From Candidatus Fermentibacterota bacterium (lineage in GTDB: Bacteria > Fermentibacterota > Fermentibacteria > Fermentibacterales > JCC-6), in NCBI GenBank assembly GCA_963845085.1, contig CAWJQI010000004.1, positions 480,001-544,000 of the forward strand: a stretch of 64,000 nt of DNA, written 5' to 3'. The notes below the pieces were generated by a model, which was given only the letters and a program-made list of their open reading frames with translations, did no database searches and was not told the origin of the DNA. The translations under genes and the position numbers were made by a program. Shown piece after piece: positions 30,560 to 40,805 of the stretch (position 1 is its first letter; each line of letters begins with the position of its first letter).

Positions 30560-32506
30560 CTAGTGGATCAGGGTGACCTTCGCAGTGGCGATCTGGCCGC
30601 CCTGCGTGAGTCTCAGGAAGTACACGCCCGTACCAAGACTCTGGTTGTCCCAGGTAACGGAAACCTGGCCGTTGAGGTTGCCCTGGAAGGGTCTGGAGAC
30701 GAGGCGCCCCGAGATGTCATAGACTTCAAGGGAGGCCTGGCCGCCGATACCGGAAATATTGATCGGGACAATTCCCGACACAGGGTTGGAGACGGTGACC
30801 GTTACGGGTGAGAACCCAGCGCCTTCGGTTTCGTCCTCAATGCCTGTCATGGGCCATGTCTTGGTGATCACGCTGGGATCGCCGAAGAGATGGTATGCTT
30901 CGTAGTAGTACTTGGTACTTCCGCCGCCAGAGTAGTAGCTGTATACGGCAAGAAGACCGCCGTTCATGTAACCCATCGGCCAGTAGACATCGTCACCGAG
31001 GAAGAAGTCGTACTCTCCCCTTTCGAGGATGTCGTCCTCATCCCAGTAGGTGCTCGGCCAGCTTCCCCAGAAGTACAGGCCGCCCCTCTCGGGGGTGCGG
31101 GTCCAGGTTTCGGCCCAGCAGGTGCTCGTGCTGTACTGACCCGTGTTGCAGGCGTGGGAGAGAACGCCGGGGAACATGCCGTCGTTGGTGAGCTGGTTGA
31201 AGTTGGACGAGCCGAAGCTCATGTCGCCCCAGCTTGTGCTGCTGCCGTGACCGCTGAAGGTAAGCATGGAGATGCCGGCGTTGATCGCGGTGACAGCCTG
31301 GGCTGCGGTTCCGCCGGAGTGAGGGTAGACCTTGGTGGACATGTAGCCGCGGGGGGTGGCATAAGTGTCGATGCAGTAGTTGTGAGTGCCTTCGGTGATT
31401 GAGTAGTTGTCGCTTGAGGCGATCCAGAGAAGCCTCTGGACCCAGTCCTGCACACCCACGGTGTTCTCGTAGTCGATCACCCTCTGGGCCATCAGAACAG
31501 CCTGCCCCGTGTTCTGAACGCTGAACCGGCCTATGAATGCGTCGGGGATGAACCCGCCGTCATCGAGGGCGACGTAGTAAAGGTCTGTGCTTCCGCCGGT
31601 TGCCGTGGCGGGGAAACCGGGAACGTACTCGATGTCACCAACGAGAAGAACGTACACTGGCGGGGTGGCCCAGTTTTCAAGGGCGTTGTGGATGTAGCTC
31701 TGGATCTCGTTCGCTGATGTGCCGGTAACGGAAAGGTCAACCATGGTCACTTCGAAGCCGCGCGCTTCCTTGTGTGCCACGAATGCGTCCATCCCGGTGG
31801 TGACGAAGTCTGAATGACCGATGATCAGATAAGGGGCGGGAGGAGTGTCGAACCCGGACTCGAAAACACCGTAGTTCGAGGTGAAGCCCGAAAGCATGGT
31901 CTCGAAATCAGCGCTGGCGAAATGGCGGGCCCTGTCGTAACTTCTGGCAACATCGCCGCCGACGAAGTCAAGCCTGATGTCGGCTGCTGCGAGGAGCGTG
32001 AAGCCACCATTGGGATCCCATCTGAGCGGCATGACTTCAACAAGGGCAAGGTTGCGGCCGCGCATCTCGCCGGCGTAGACAACGCGGACCCATTCGGATG
32101 GGTAGGGCGTGCCCTGGGTGTAGACAGCCGGGTCGTGCACGACGGTGAAACTGTCGCGGGGACGGCTCTTCTCGGCGCTGATGATGCCGGGCTCGACAGG
32201 AAACCCTGTGCCATCGACGGATTCAAGCCTCTGCTCGTTTACGCTGACCGAAACGGTGGCACCCACCGGAATCTCGATCCAGCTGCGATAAACCGGAAGC
32301 CTCGGAAAGCCGGCCTCGGCAAGGTTCTCGGCCTCGGCCATCGAAACGGTTGTGTATGTAACACCACGGAGCAGAACGGTTCCAAACTCCGGAACAGCGG
32401 CCCGAAGTGTCATGTCAAGGCCGTCAACAGTGCTCTCAGTGATGGAGACACCTGCGGAAAACCCGCTTGCGGCCACCACAAGGGCAAGAACAAGAACGAT
32501 TTTCAA
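30560..32506 (-). CDS. C25 (gingipain-family) cysteine peptidase with propeptide and T9SS-type C-terminal domain
   Basis: Signal peptide, G.PRLP propeptide, YVLLVGD, IGRF, catalytic GHG and AC, LFGDP, and a CTD with YDISGR...GVYFLR...KVTLIH. Confidence 0.9.
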   Translation of the reverse strand: MKIVLVLALVVAASGFSAGVSITESTVDGLDMTLRAAVPEFGTVLLRGVTYTTVSMAEAENLAEAGFPRLPVYRSWIEIPVGATVSVSVNEQRLESVDGTGFPVEPGIISAEKSRPRDSFTVVHDPAVYTQGTPYPSEWVRVVYAGEMRGRNLALVEVMPLRWDPNGGFTLLAAADIRLDFVGGDVARSYDRARHFASADFETMLSGFTSNYGVFESGFDTPPAPYLIIGHSDFVTTGMDAFVAHKEARGFEVTMVDLSVTGTSANEIQSYIHNALENWATPPVYVLLVGDIEYVPGFPATATGGSTDLYYVALDDGGFIPDAFIGRFSVQNTGQAVLMAQRVIDYENTVGVQDWVQRLLWIASSDNYSITEGTHNYCIDTYATPRGYMSTKVYPHSGGTAAQAVTAINAGISMLTFSGHGSSTSWGDMSFGSSNFNQLTNDGMFPGVLSHACNTGQYSTSTCWAETWTRTPERGGLYFWGSWPSTYWDEDDILERGEYDFFLGDDVYWPMGYMNGGLLAVYSYYSGGGSTKYYYEAYHLFGDPSVITKTWPMTGIEDETEGAGFSPVTVTVSNPVSGIVPINISGIGGQASLEVYDISGRLVSRPFQGNLNGQVSVTWDNQSLGTGVYFLRLTQGGQIATAKVTLIH

Positions 32507-32611
32507 AACATCTCCTTTGGCTTAAGAACCGCTTTTTACTGCGGTGGTTGATAATCCCACAACGAATGTAGAATTCTATAATAGGGAAAGTTCCAGCCCG
32601 GGTAAAGGAGC

Positions 32612-34714
32612 GTGATGAAAACCCTGATCACCGCAGCACTCATCTTTCTGCTATCGGCACAGGCGTTCGCGGCGGACGGCATAACCCTTGTGTTGTCCGG
32701 CGGTGGGGCCAGGGGGCTTGCTCACATTGGCGTACTGATGGCGCTGGAAGAGGAGGGTGTTCCGATCCGGGCACTCGCCGGCACCAGCATGGGTGCGCTG
32801 CTGGCCGGTCTTTACGCCTGCGGTTACAACGCTGCCCAACTCGACAGCATAGCTGAAAGCCTGGACTGGAATCACCTCTTCAGCGCGGTTCCGGAGACAC
32901 GCATGGCGCTGCTGCCGGAACGGATCCGGGGAAGGCAGGACCTGATTACACTGAGCCTGAGGGGACTCGTTCCAGTGATCCCGACAGGTGCGGTCTCCAA
33001 CATGAGGGTGGGCCTTCTTCTTTCCTCCCTGACCGGTCCTGCCCAGGTACAGCGGGGCAACTCCTTCGATTCGCTCCCAATCCCACTCAGGGTGGTCGCG
33101 GTGGACATTCCCACGTGCAGGCGCGTGATGTTCAGTTCAGGCGACCTTTCAAGGGCGTTGCTGGCGAGCATGGCCATCCCGGCCGTCTTCCCGGCGATAA
33201 GGGAGGGGGACATGCTGCTGGTCGACGGCGGTGTGTTCGATAATCTCCCGGTCGACGCGGCCGTGAAGGCCTGGCCGGAAAGCCCTGTTCTGGCCGTCGA
33301 TGTCGGCACCAGTTACCCCGACTCCTTCCCTGAATACCCGTCCATCCTCGAAGTGGGCAACTACACGTTCGACGCAATGTCCAAACGGGTGAACAGCGAG
33401 CACATGGCTGTTCCGGACTGGTATTTTGCCCCGGATCTCGACGATGCGAAGCTCTGGAGTTTCGGCGAACTTGACAGCCTTGTGGCCTGGGGTTACCAGC
33501 AGGCTCAGAGCTGGCTTGCGGCTCACCAAGAGGTTCCCAGGGGTGCACCACCGAGAGCTCCCCTCAGCATTCCCGTTTTCAGGATGAGAAACCTGCTGAT
33601 CTCCGGGAACCAGAGGGTTTCCTTCTCTGCAATAAATGCATGGCTGACCATCTCCAGGGGTGACTCCGTGACTCCGGAGGTCATGCGGGACGTTTCCGAG
33701 GAACTGTACGCATCAAGCCTTTTTGAAAGCGTAAGGCTCAGGTTGTACCCGGGAGCCTCCGTGAACGAGGTTGATGTCGCCTTCACCCTGAGGGAGAGCA
33801 ATCCTGCATCCCTGGGGATCGGGCTGACCTACCACAGCGATTACGGGCTGGACGGACGGATCACCATCGATCACAGGAACACCTTCAACAGGGGAATGAA
33901 CGGCCTGATAAACGCGGGCGGGGGTGGAAACTACGCCTTCCTGGAAGGATCGATCAACACCGGCGCAGGCCGTGGATACGTCAGGCTCGAGGGCGGACTG
34001 CATCAGATAAAGGCTGAGGAGCCTGACGCCGAAGGCAATACCCCGACAAGGGTATGGACAGATCATCACATTTCAGTCTCGTCGGGACGCACCGTATCCT
34101 GGTTCGGCCTTATGGAGACCGGCGTCGGCTGGTTCGGCAGGCGGTACAGCGGCTTCACAAGGGAAGGCTTCCCGGCTCTGTTCCTCCGTGCAACCGCCGA
34201 CACCCGGGACAATCCGACAGCCACTACACCCGGCACGCGGCTCTCCCTGGAATTCTCGGTCTGCCCGCAACCCGGCCACAGCCACAACCTGTTCAACTGG
34301 AGCTTTGACGGCATCGCAGGGAGCAGGAGGGGCTTTACCTCCGGCGTGAACACCTGGGGGCAGATCCTCACAGGAAGGAACTACCCCTGGCAGCTTTCCC
34401 GGTGTACCGCTGAAAGCAGCATTCCGGGCTACAAGTGGAACTCGCTCCCATCAAGGCAAAGGCTGGGAGCGGGCATCTTTCTTCAGCACAAGCTTGTGGG
34501 TCCCATAAATGCCGGCCTGAACGGCGGTGCATCCTGGGACTACGAATCCATAAGCTCTCCGGGCACCGGCGAACTGCGATACGGTTACGGTGCCTACCTG
34601 CAGATGAACGTACCGGGCGGTTCGGCAAGGCTCGCAATGGGAGTCCCCGAGGATGGTCCCATTCGCTGGACCGTATCGATGGGCAGTGATTACTCCTTCG
34701 GACCGGGAAGGTAG
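32612..34714 (+). CDS. Patatin-POTRA-beta-barrel protein (PlpD / type Vd-like)
   Basis: Signal peptide, GGGARG, GTSMG and DGG motifs, a POTRA segment (ISGN...LYASSLFESV) and C-terminal amphipathic strands. Confidence 0.85.
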   Translation: MMKTLITAALIFLLSAQAFAADGITLVLSGGGARGLAHIGVLMALEEEGVPIRALAGTSMGALLAGLYACGYNAAQLDSIAESLDWNHLFSAVPETRMALLPERIRGRQDLITLSLRGLVPVIPTGAVSNMRVGLLLSSLTGPAQVQRGNSFDSLPIPLRVVAVDIPTCRRVMFSSGDLSRALLASMAIPAVFPAIREGDMLLVDGGVFDNLPVDAAVKAWPESPVLAVDVGTSYPDSFPEYPSILEVGNYTFDAMSKRVNSEHMAVPDWYFAPDLDDAKLWSFGELDSLVAWGYQQAQSWLAAHQEVPRGAPPRAPLSIPVFRMRNLLISGNQRVSFSAINAWLTISRGDSVTPEVMRDVSEELYASSLFESVRLRLYPGASVNEVDVAFTLRESNPASLGIGLTYHSDYGLDGRITIDHRNTFNRGMNGLINAGGGGNYAFLEGSINTGAGRGYVRLEGGLHQIKAEEPDAEGNTPTRVWTDHHISVSSGRTVSWFGLMETGVGWFGRRYSGFTREGFPALFLRATADTRDNPTATTPGTRLSLEFSVCPQPGHSHNLFNWSFDGIAGSRRGFTSGVNTWGQILTGRNYPWQLSRCTAESSIPGYKWNSLPSRQRLGAGIFLQHKLVGPINAGLNGGASWDYESISSPGTGELRYGYGAYLQMNVPGGSARLAMGVPEDGPIRWTVSMGSDYSFGPGR

Positions 34715-34717
34715 GGC

Positions 34718-35059
34718 ATGAAAATACAAAGACGGCCGGCGACGAGGCCCGTAAGGGTGGTCGAGAACGGGGCTTCGGGTGTAAGCGAAGCCCTCATCGC
34801 TGATCAGGCTTCCGGGTGCGGGAAGTTCAGGGCGAAGAAAGTCTTCATCGCACCGGGAGGCAGGACAGCCCGTTTTGGCTCCGCCGCAGGTACACTGATC
34901 GTACTGCTCGAAGGCACCGCCGGTGCGGCTTCATCCGAGGGCGGCCTCGAGATCATTTCCCAGGGCGATGCGTTGGTACTCGCTCCCGGAGAGGAATGCC
35001 GGCTCATCAACCACGGCGATGACAGGGCCGTCGTCCTGAAGGTGGAGGGCAACACCTGA
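34718..35059 (+). CDS. Cupin domain protein (metal His ligands appear absent)
   Basis: IAPGG...VLLEG...GDALVLAPG...LIN.GD cupin pattern. Confidence 0.7.
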   Translation: MKIQRRPATRPVRVVENGASGVSEALIADQASGCGKFRAKKVFIAPGGRTARFGSAAGTLIVLLEGTAGAASSEGGLEIISQGDALVLAPGEECRLINHGDDRAVVLKVEGNT

Positions 35060-35291
35060 TCAGCTGCCATGCAGCTCCTGCCCCACCGATCATGAGGCGC
35101 CAGAGCTGCTGAGACGGCTAAATACCTTTCCTGCATGGTTTTCCTGAGTATTCGGCAGGCAGGTTCCCGCGCATCCTGCATCTCCCATCGCGCAGAGCGG
35201 GAAACATACCCGCCGCACCCACGTTCGAACCCGGCACTTGGCATTGGAATTGTTCTTGGTTACTATTCAGAGGGAGGGGGTGGTGGCAGTC

Positions 35292-36509
35292 ATGTCCACA
35301 AAACTGGCAACCGGGCTTGCCGGGGCAAAAAACTGTGCCGCTGCAACCGACACCGCGCTGAAGGAAGCCCTTGGCAAACTTGGAGGCGCTTCTCCCGCGC
35401 TTGCGCTGGTTCATGCCTCATCAAGCTGTGACTATCGTCAGGTTCTCGACACGGTCAGAGCCGGGCTTGGAAGCATCCCCGTCATTGGCTGCTCAACCGC
35501 AGGGCACTTCACTGAAAGCAGGGTCGGACCCGGCGGTGTCGCCATCGGCATTTTCTCATCCGACACGATGCACTTCTCAACCGCCATGGCCCAGGGGCTT
35601 AGAAACGATCCCGAAGCCGTTGCGAGAAACCTTGCACAATGCATTCCACCAGTGGAATCGGGAAGGCACCTCACCGCACTCCTTTTCGCCGACGGCCTCT
35701 CCGGAACTGGTGAGGAGTTGTCCCTCAACTGCTCACGGCTCTTCGAGAGGTACGCGGGATGCCCGGTAACCCTGATCGGCGGCTTCGCGGGCGACGACCT
35801 CCTCTTCAATGAAACCCGGGTCTTTCATGGTGTTGAACATGCCTCCGATTCAGCGGCAGTCTGTTTCATCACATCCGTGCAGCCCTTTCACACCGGGGTG
35901 AAGCACGGGCACACCCCGCTGAGCCGCAGCCATACCATTACAAAGGCCCAGGGCAACCGTGTCTACGAAGTCGACGGATTGCCCGCCTGGAATGTCTGGT
36001 CGAGGGAAACCGCGTTCGCAGTGGAACAGCTCAAGGCAAGGTACCGGATACAGAAACCCGAGGATTTCACCAAGCTCGTCCTGGGCAACTTTGAACTGGG
36101 GCTGTGCACCGACGGCGATGAATACAAGATCAGGTTTCCTCTTGCGGTCAACCCTGACGGTTCAATGGTGTTCACCTGTTCAATCCCGAACGGTTCGGTC
36201 TTCCGCATAATGGACGGCGGCAACATCGAAGCCCAGATCGAGGCTTCAGAACTGGCGGCCCGGGCCGCTGTCGATTCGGCCGGTCTTGCAGGGCAGAGCG
36301 GCTACGCCGGAATGCTTGTCTTCGAATGCGGTATCAGGCTTGCGCTGCTCGAGGACAGTTTCACGAGAGCGATTGAATCCTACAGAAGGATCCTGCCGGG
36401 CGCTCCGATCCTTGGCTGGGAAACCTACGGAGAGATCAGGATGACCACGGGAAGCTACAGTGGCTTTCACAACACCACAACCGTTGTTGCACTGGTACCG
36501 GAAAGCTGA
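35292..36509 (+). CDS. FIST N/C domain signal transduction protein
   Basis: IGCSTAG, FADGL, GGFAGD, HGHTP, FECG.R and TYGEI...FHNTT motifs. Confidence 0.9.
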   Translation: MSTKLATGLAGAKNCAAATDTALKEALGKLGGASPALALVHASSSCDYRQVLDTVRAGLGSIPVIGCSTAGHFTESRVGPGGVAIGIFSSDTMHFSTAMAQGLRNDPEAVARNLAQCIPPVESGRHLTALLFADGLSGTGEELSLNCSRLFERYAGCPVTLIGGFAGDDLLFNETRVFHGVEHASDSAAVCFITSVQPFHTGVKHGHTPLSRSHTITKAQGNRVYEVDGLPAWNVWSRETAFAVEQLKARYRIQKPEDFTKLVLGNFELGLCTDGDEYKIRFPLAVNPDGSMVFTCSIPNGSVFRIMDGGNIEAQIEASELAARAAVDSAGLAGQSGYAGMLVFECGIRLALLEDSFTRAIESYRRILPGAPILGWETYGEIRMTTGSYSGFHNTTTVVALVPES

Positions 36510-36513
36510 GGCA

Positions 36514-38337
36514 ATGGATCCCGATGGAAGGCTTGCCAGCCCGTTCGACACCCCGATAACGGTGTCCGTCCGGGAGATCGAGCTCGCGCTGGCCGAAAGC
36601 TCGGGAATCGAGGCAGCCAGGGTAAAGGTCTCCGAAGCCATGGCGGCATGCGGCTTTCACAACCTGGAAACACTCAACCCGCAGCAGGCCGGCAGGGTGT
36701 GTTCCATGCTCATGCGGCTGGGCGGGCTTTATGCCATGGTGGCGGAAAGCTTCCTTAACGGCCTTGAGAAACGGCTGCTTAGAACCGTCGAACAGACGCT
36801 CTGGCGTTCCGAGGAGATGCTGGGAACGCTGATCGACACCATCCCGTCGGCGATCTACATGAAGGATACACAGGGACGCCTCATTCTCGTGAACGAGGCT
36901 TATGAAAAAATCTCCGGGAAATCCCGAGACCGGATCATTGGTGAGCTTGAGAGGAATGTCCTTCCCGAACCGGCAGCCATTGAGAATGGGAAGGTTGACC
37001 GTTGGGTGTTGTCGGGTGGAAAGCAGTTCCGCCACGAACTCTCGATGGAGACCGGAAACATGCTCAGGGTCTATGAGGCCGTTAAAACCCCGGTCAGGAA
37101 CAGCGACGGCGAGGTGCTCGGACTGCTTGGCGTTCTTAACGATGTCACGGACAGGAAACTGATACAGGAAGAGCTCCTGAAAGCCGTGAGGCTTGAATCG
37201 GTGGGGCAGCTCGCAGGTGGGATCGCTCACGATTTCAACAACCTCCTCACCGTGATAATCGGCGCGGCATCCCTCGCGCAGCGGAAGGTCGAGCAGGGGC
37301 AGGATCCCGGAAATACATTCGACAGGCTGCAGGATGCGGCATTGAAGGCGAAGGCGCTTACCCACCGGCTTCTGACGTTCAGTTCGGGCGGCGCCCCCGT
37401 GAAGAACCTCGTCGATTTCCGGGAACTGCTCGAAGAGGCTGTCGAGCTTTCACTCTCCGGAACCAGGATCCGCTGCGTGTTCGAGTTCCCCAGGGAACTG
37501 CATGTGGTCCAGTGCGACAGGAGCCAGCTGATTCAGGTCATCCACAGCATAGTGAACAACGCTGTCCAGGCAATGCCGGCCGGAGGAACCATAACTGTTT
37601 CTGCAGAAAACGTGATGGTTCGGGATTCACGTGACAAGGAGACGGAGGGCGGGATGGAAGGTGAAAGCCTTCCGCTGAAATCGGGCGATTATCTGCGATT
37701 CTGCATAAGGGACCACGGAGGCGGGATACCAAAGGATATCAGAACCCGGATTTTCGACCCGTATTTCACCACCCGGGACAAGTCGACCGGTCTCGGGCTC
37801 CCGACGGCCTACAACGTTCTCAGGCGGCATGGCGGCTTCCTGCGGTTCGAACCCCCGCCGGGCGGCGGAGCCGCTTTTTTCGGCTACCTGCCCTCTGCGG
37901 GAGATGTCCCGGATCGGCCTGATTCCACACCCGTCCCGCGCGCGAACCTGAAGGTTCTGGTCATGGATGATGAGCCGATGGTTCTGGAAACAGTGGGTGA
38001 GATGCTCGAAGCCCTCGGCCATTCAGCCGATCTGGCCAGCGACGGCGCCGCAGTTGTTGATATGTACGGAACAGCAATCGAAACGGGCGAACCCTACGAT
38101 CTATTGATTCTCGACCTTACGGTCCCCGGGGGGATTGGTGGCGACGAAACGCTGGGGATTCTCAGAAACCGGTATCCTGATGTAAAGGCTTTTGTATCGA
38201 GCGGTTACTCGAACAATCCCATAATGGCCAACTTTGAGAAGCACGGCTTTGTAGGGGTCATTGCAAAACCGTATCGCCTTGACCAACTGGGCGACACTAT
38301 TCTGAACTACCTGTCCGCCTCCGGCAGCCACGTCTGA
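36514..38337 (+). CDS. Hybrid sensor kinase (small N-terminal domain, PAS, HisKA, HATPase, REC)
   Basis: AHDFNN H-box, NAVQAM, DHGGGI, FDPYFTT and TGLGL; REC with MDDE, LDL and AKP. Confidence 0.92.
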   Translation: MDPDGRLASPFDTPITVSVREIELALAESSGIEAARVKVSEAMAACGFHNLETLNPQQAGRVCSMLMRLGGLYAMVAESFLNGLEKRLLRTVEQTLWRSEEMLGTLIDTIPSAIYMKDTQGRLILVNEAYEKISGKSRDRIIGELERNVLPEPAAIENGKVDRWVLSGGKQFRHELSMETGNMLRVYEAVKTPVRNSDGEVLGLLGVLNDVTDRKLIQEELLKAVRLESVGQLAGGIAHDFNNLLTVIIGAASLAQRKVEQGQDPGNTFDRLQDAALKAKALTHRLLTFSSGGAPVKNLVDFRELLEEAVELSLSGTRIRCVFEFPRELHVVQCDRSQLIQVIHSIVNNAVQAMPAGGTITVSAENVMVRDSRDKETEGGMEGESLPLKSGDYLRFCIRDHGGGIPKDIRTRIFDPYFTTRDKSTGLGLPTAYNVLRRHGGFLRFEPPPGGGAAFFGYLPSAGDVPDRPDSTPVPRANLKVLVMDDEPMVLETVGEMLEALGHSADLASDGAAVVDMYGTAIETGEPYDLLILDLTVPGGIGGDETLGILRNRYPDVKAFVSSGYSNNPIMANFEKHGFVGVIAKPYRLDQLGDTILNYLSASGSHV

Positions 38338-38371
38338 ACCTTGCGAGTGCTGAAGGCCGGCAGCGCTCCGG

Positions 38372-40642
38372 TCACTTCAGACAGTAAACCTGGAAACGGT
38401 TGACGCCTTCATCATCGCGGACCTTGTGGACGCCGTGGATCTCGCCCTCGAATCCGGGGAACATCGCCTCAAGCTCTTCGACCGCACCGAGATAATCCAT
38501 GATGTGCCCGGTTTCTGCGGTTATCATCTCACCCGGCATAATAATGGGAATGCCCGGAGGGTAGGGCACAACCTGAACAGCCACGACCCTGTTCTCCAGA
38601 TTCCTGATGCTCACCCTCTCAACTTCACCCCTAACCATTTCCCGGTAAGCCTGGCCGGGGGTCATCACCTGGCGGGGAAGGGTGCGGAAACAGGAAAGCA
38701 TGCCCTCCACCAGCTTGAATTCCCTCAGGAAGGTGTGCATCCTCATGCAGAGCTGCTGAATGGTCATGTCTCCGTACTCATCGGGATGGCTCTTCACAAG
38801 ATCGGGCAGGATCTCCTCCAGCTCGACGTCCTCATCGTAGAGCTCCTTGAACCGGAACAGCTCGGCGAGCAGGGTTCCCGATTTGCCCTTTGTGATCCCG
38901 ATGCTGAACAGGAGAAGCCACGAGTAGTGACCTGTCTTTTCGACCATGATGCCCCTGGAACGAAGCCATTTCGTGACGATGGCCGCCGGAATGCCCCACT
39001 GGTCGAGAACACCTTCCCGTGTGATCCCGGGGGTGGCAAGCGTGACCTTGAAGGGGTCAAGCATTATCCCGCCTTCGTCCATTCCGTTGAACATGTGCCA
39101 GGTGTCGGAGGCCTTGAGCATCCACCACTCCTGTTCGGCGAGCAGCATCTTGTCCTCAACGTCGAGAAGGTTGTCGGGCTGCCATGCCGTGAACCACCAC
39201 TTACGGGCGGGATCCGACTCCGAGTGCATGATCTCGCTGTTGATCGAGGCCATCGTCTTCCTGAAAACAACGGGCTCGCGAAGTGCTTCCTGCATCATCC
39301 TGACCCCGGCCTTGCCCTCCATCATCTGCGTCGAGACGTCGAGGGTGGCGATCATGCCGTACTGGGGGGATGTCGAGCTGTGCATCAGATAGGCTTCATT
39401 GAACACATCGGGGTCGATCTTGCGATCGGAACCGTCCCGGTAGTGGACCATCGACGCCTGTGACATCGCAGCCAGGGTCTTGTGGGTCGACTGGGTGGCA
39501 AAGACCGGCATCCTTGCTTCTTCGTCGCCCGGTCTGGGGGTCATGGCGTAATGCCCCCGGTAAAGCGGATGGAAATGGGCGTAAGCGAACCAGGCTTCGT
39601 CGAAGTGAATGCCGTCAACCGTATCGGAGAGCGCTTCGGTGATCCGGAGCGTGTTGTAGCACAGGCCGTCGTAGGTGCTGTTGGTGATCGCTGCAAGACG
39701 AACCCTGGCATTCTTGTCGGCAATAAGGGGGCAGTCCTCTATCTTCGCCCTGATGGCCTTGCTGTCGAATTCCTTGACTGAAATCGGGCCTATCGTGCCG
39801 TACGGGTTCCTGGTGGGCATGAAATAGATCGGAATCGCGTCGGCGAGAATGATGGCATGGTTGATGCTCTTGTGGCAGTTCCGGTCCACCACGACAACAT
39901 CGCCAGTGGTGACCATGGCACTCCAGACCATGAGGTTTGCGGCACTTGAGCCGTTGGTGACAAAGAATGTCTGGCTGGCGTTGAACACCCTTGCCGCATG
40001 CCTCTCCGCGGCACCGATGGGACCCTGGTGGTCGGGAAGGGACCCCAGTTCGGGAACCGATACGGACAGGTCAGCCCTGAACATGTTCTCACCGAAGAAG
40101 TCAAAGCACACCTTGCCGGCGGGCGTCTTCATGAATGCCACCCCGCCCATGTGCCCGGGAGTATGCCAGGAGTAACGGTACTCTTCGGCGTACTTCACCA
40201 GTTCGCGAAAGAATACGGGTAGGATGCCCTCGATGTACGACAGCGCTGCCTTTTCTATCCTGCCCGCAATGAAGTCGGGAGTGTCTTCCGCCAGCCAAAT
40301 GTAGCCGTCGATCTCCCTCAGGATGCCAATAGGAAGCTTCTCCACGCTGAACCTGTCAGTCATGAGAAGCACGGGCAGCACATCGCTGAAGCGCCTTATA
40401 CCCCTGAGGAAATCCTGGGGCATGTCGGTTTCGGTGTTCCAGTCCACCACGGCGCAACCAAGGTTCGGGTGGGTGTGGAAGTCGCTGAGGCCATCAGTGC
40501 AATTCTCAGCCTTGAGCACTGTGAAACCCGAGGTTTCAAGCTTTTCAGCGATCGCCCGCACCCTTCTTCCCTCAAGGGTGTGGGATCCGATCTCTCCGCT
40601 TACGATGAGAATGGGGAACGATCCCCTGTTTACTGCCTTCAT
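38372..40642 (-). CDS. Orn/Lys/Arg decarboxylase, fold type I with wing domain (AdiA/LdcC-like)
   Basis: WHTPGH, DRNCHKS, HFDEAW, STHK (PLP lysine), STSPQY and PYPPGIP motifs. Confidence 0.93.
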   Translation of the reverse strand: MKAVNRGSFPILIVSGEIGSHTLEGRRVRAIAEKLETSGFTVLKAENCTDGLSDFHTHPNLGCAVVDWNTETDMPQDFLRGIRRFSDVLPVLLMTDRFSVEKLPIGILREIDGYIWLAEDTPDFIAGRIEKAALSYIEGILPVFFRELVKYAEEYRYSWHTPGHMGGVAFMKTPAGKVCFDFFGENMFRADLSVSVPELGSLPDHQGPIGAAERHAARVFNASQTFFVTNGSSAANLMVWSAMVTTGDVVVVDRNCHKSINHAIILADAIPIYFMPTRNPYGTIGPISVKEFDSKAIRAKIEDCPLIADKNARVRLAAITNSTYDGLCYNTLRITEALSDTVDGIHFDEAWFAYAHFHPLYRGHYAMTPRPGDEEARMPVFATQSTHKTLAAMSQASMVHYRDGSDRKIDPDVFNEAYLMHSSTSPQYGMIATLDVSTQMMEGKAGVRMMQEALREPVVFRKTMASINSEIMHSESDPARKWWFTAWQPDNLLDVEDKMLLAEQEWWMLKASDTWHMFNGMDEGGIMLDPFKVTLATPGITREGVLDQWGIPAAIVTKWLRSRGIMVEKTGHYSWLLLFSIGITKGKSGTLLAELFRFKELYDEDVELEEILPDLVKSHPDEYGDMTIQQLCMRMHTFLREFKLVEGMLSCFRTLPRQVMTPGQAYREMVRGEVERVSIRNLENRVVAVQVVPYPPGIPIIMPGEMITAETGHIMDYLGAVEELEAMFPGFEGEIHGVHKVRDDEGVNRFQVYCLK

Positions 40643-40782
40643 TATTCCCTCTCCTGAAAACGGTGGGAAACAGAACCGGGTTCACTCCGGAATATACAAT
40701 TGCGCGCCCAGGTCACTCCGGTGCCGGGATCATACGAAACACCACCGTTAGACAATTCACATCAACAGGTTGCGCAGACAAT

Positions 40783-40805
40783 CTAATCTATCTTAGTCCG
40801 TCCCC
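40783..40805 (-). repeat. Solo copy of the 16.8-kb element arm
   Basis: Minus strand reads ggggacggactaagatagattag, 22/23 identical to 16757-16779. Confidence 0.85.

Noticed and set aside
35215..35240. GTTCGAACC, resembling a tRNA T-loop, in the intergenic region before the FIST gene
   Set aside because: Flanking bases do not form a T-stem or cloverleaf, and there is no acceptor stem or CCA.
40682..40721. Direct repeat TCACTCCGG, 31 bp apart, upstream of the decarboxylase
   Set aside because: Only 9 bp, two copies, and no other support. It could be a regulator site but cannot be distinguished from chance here.
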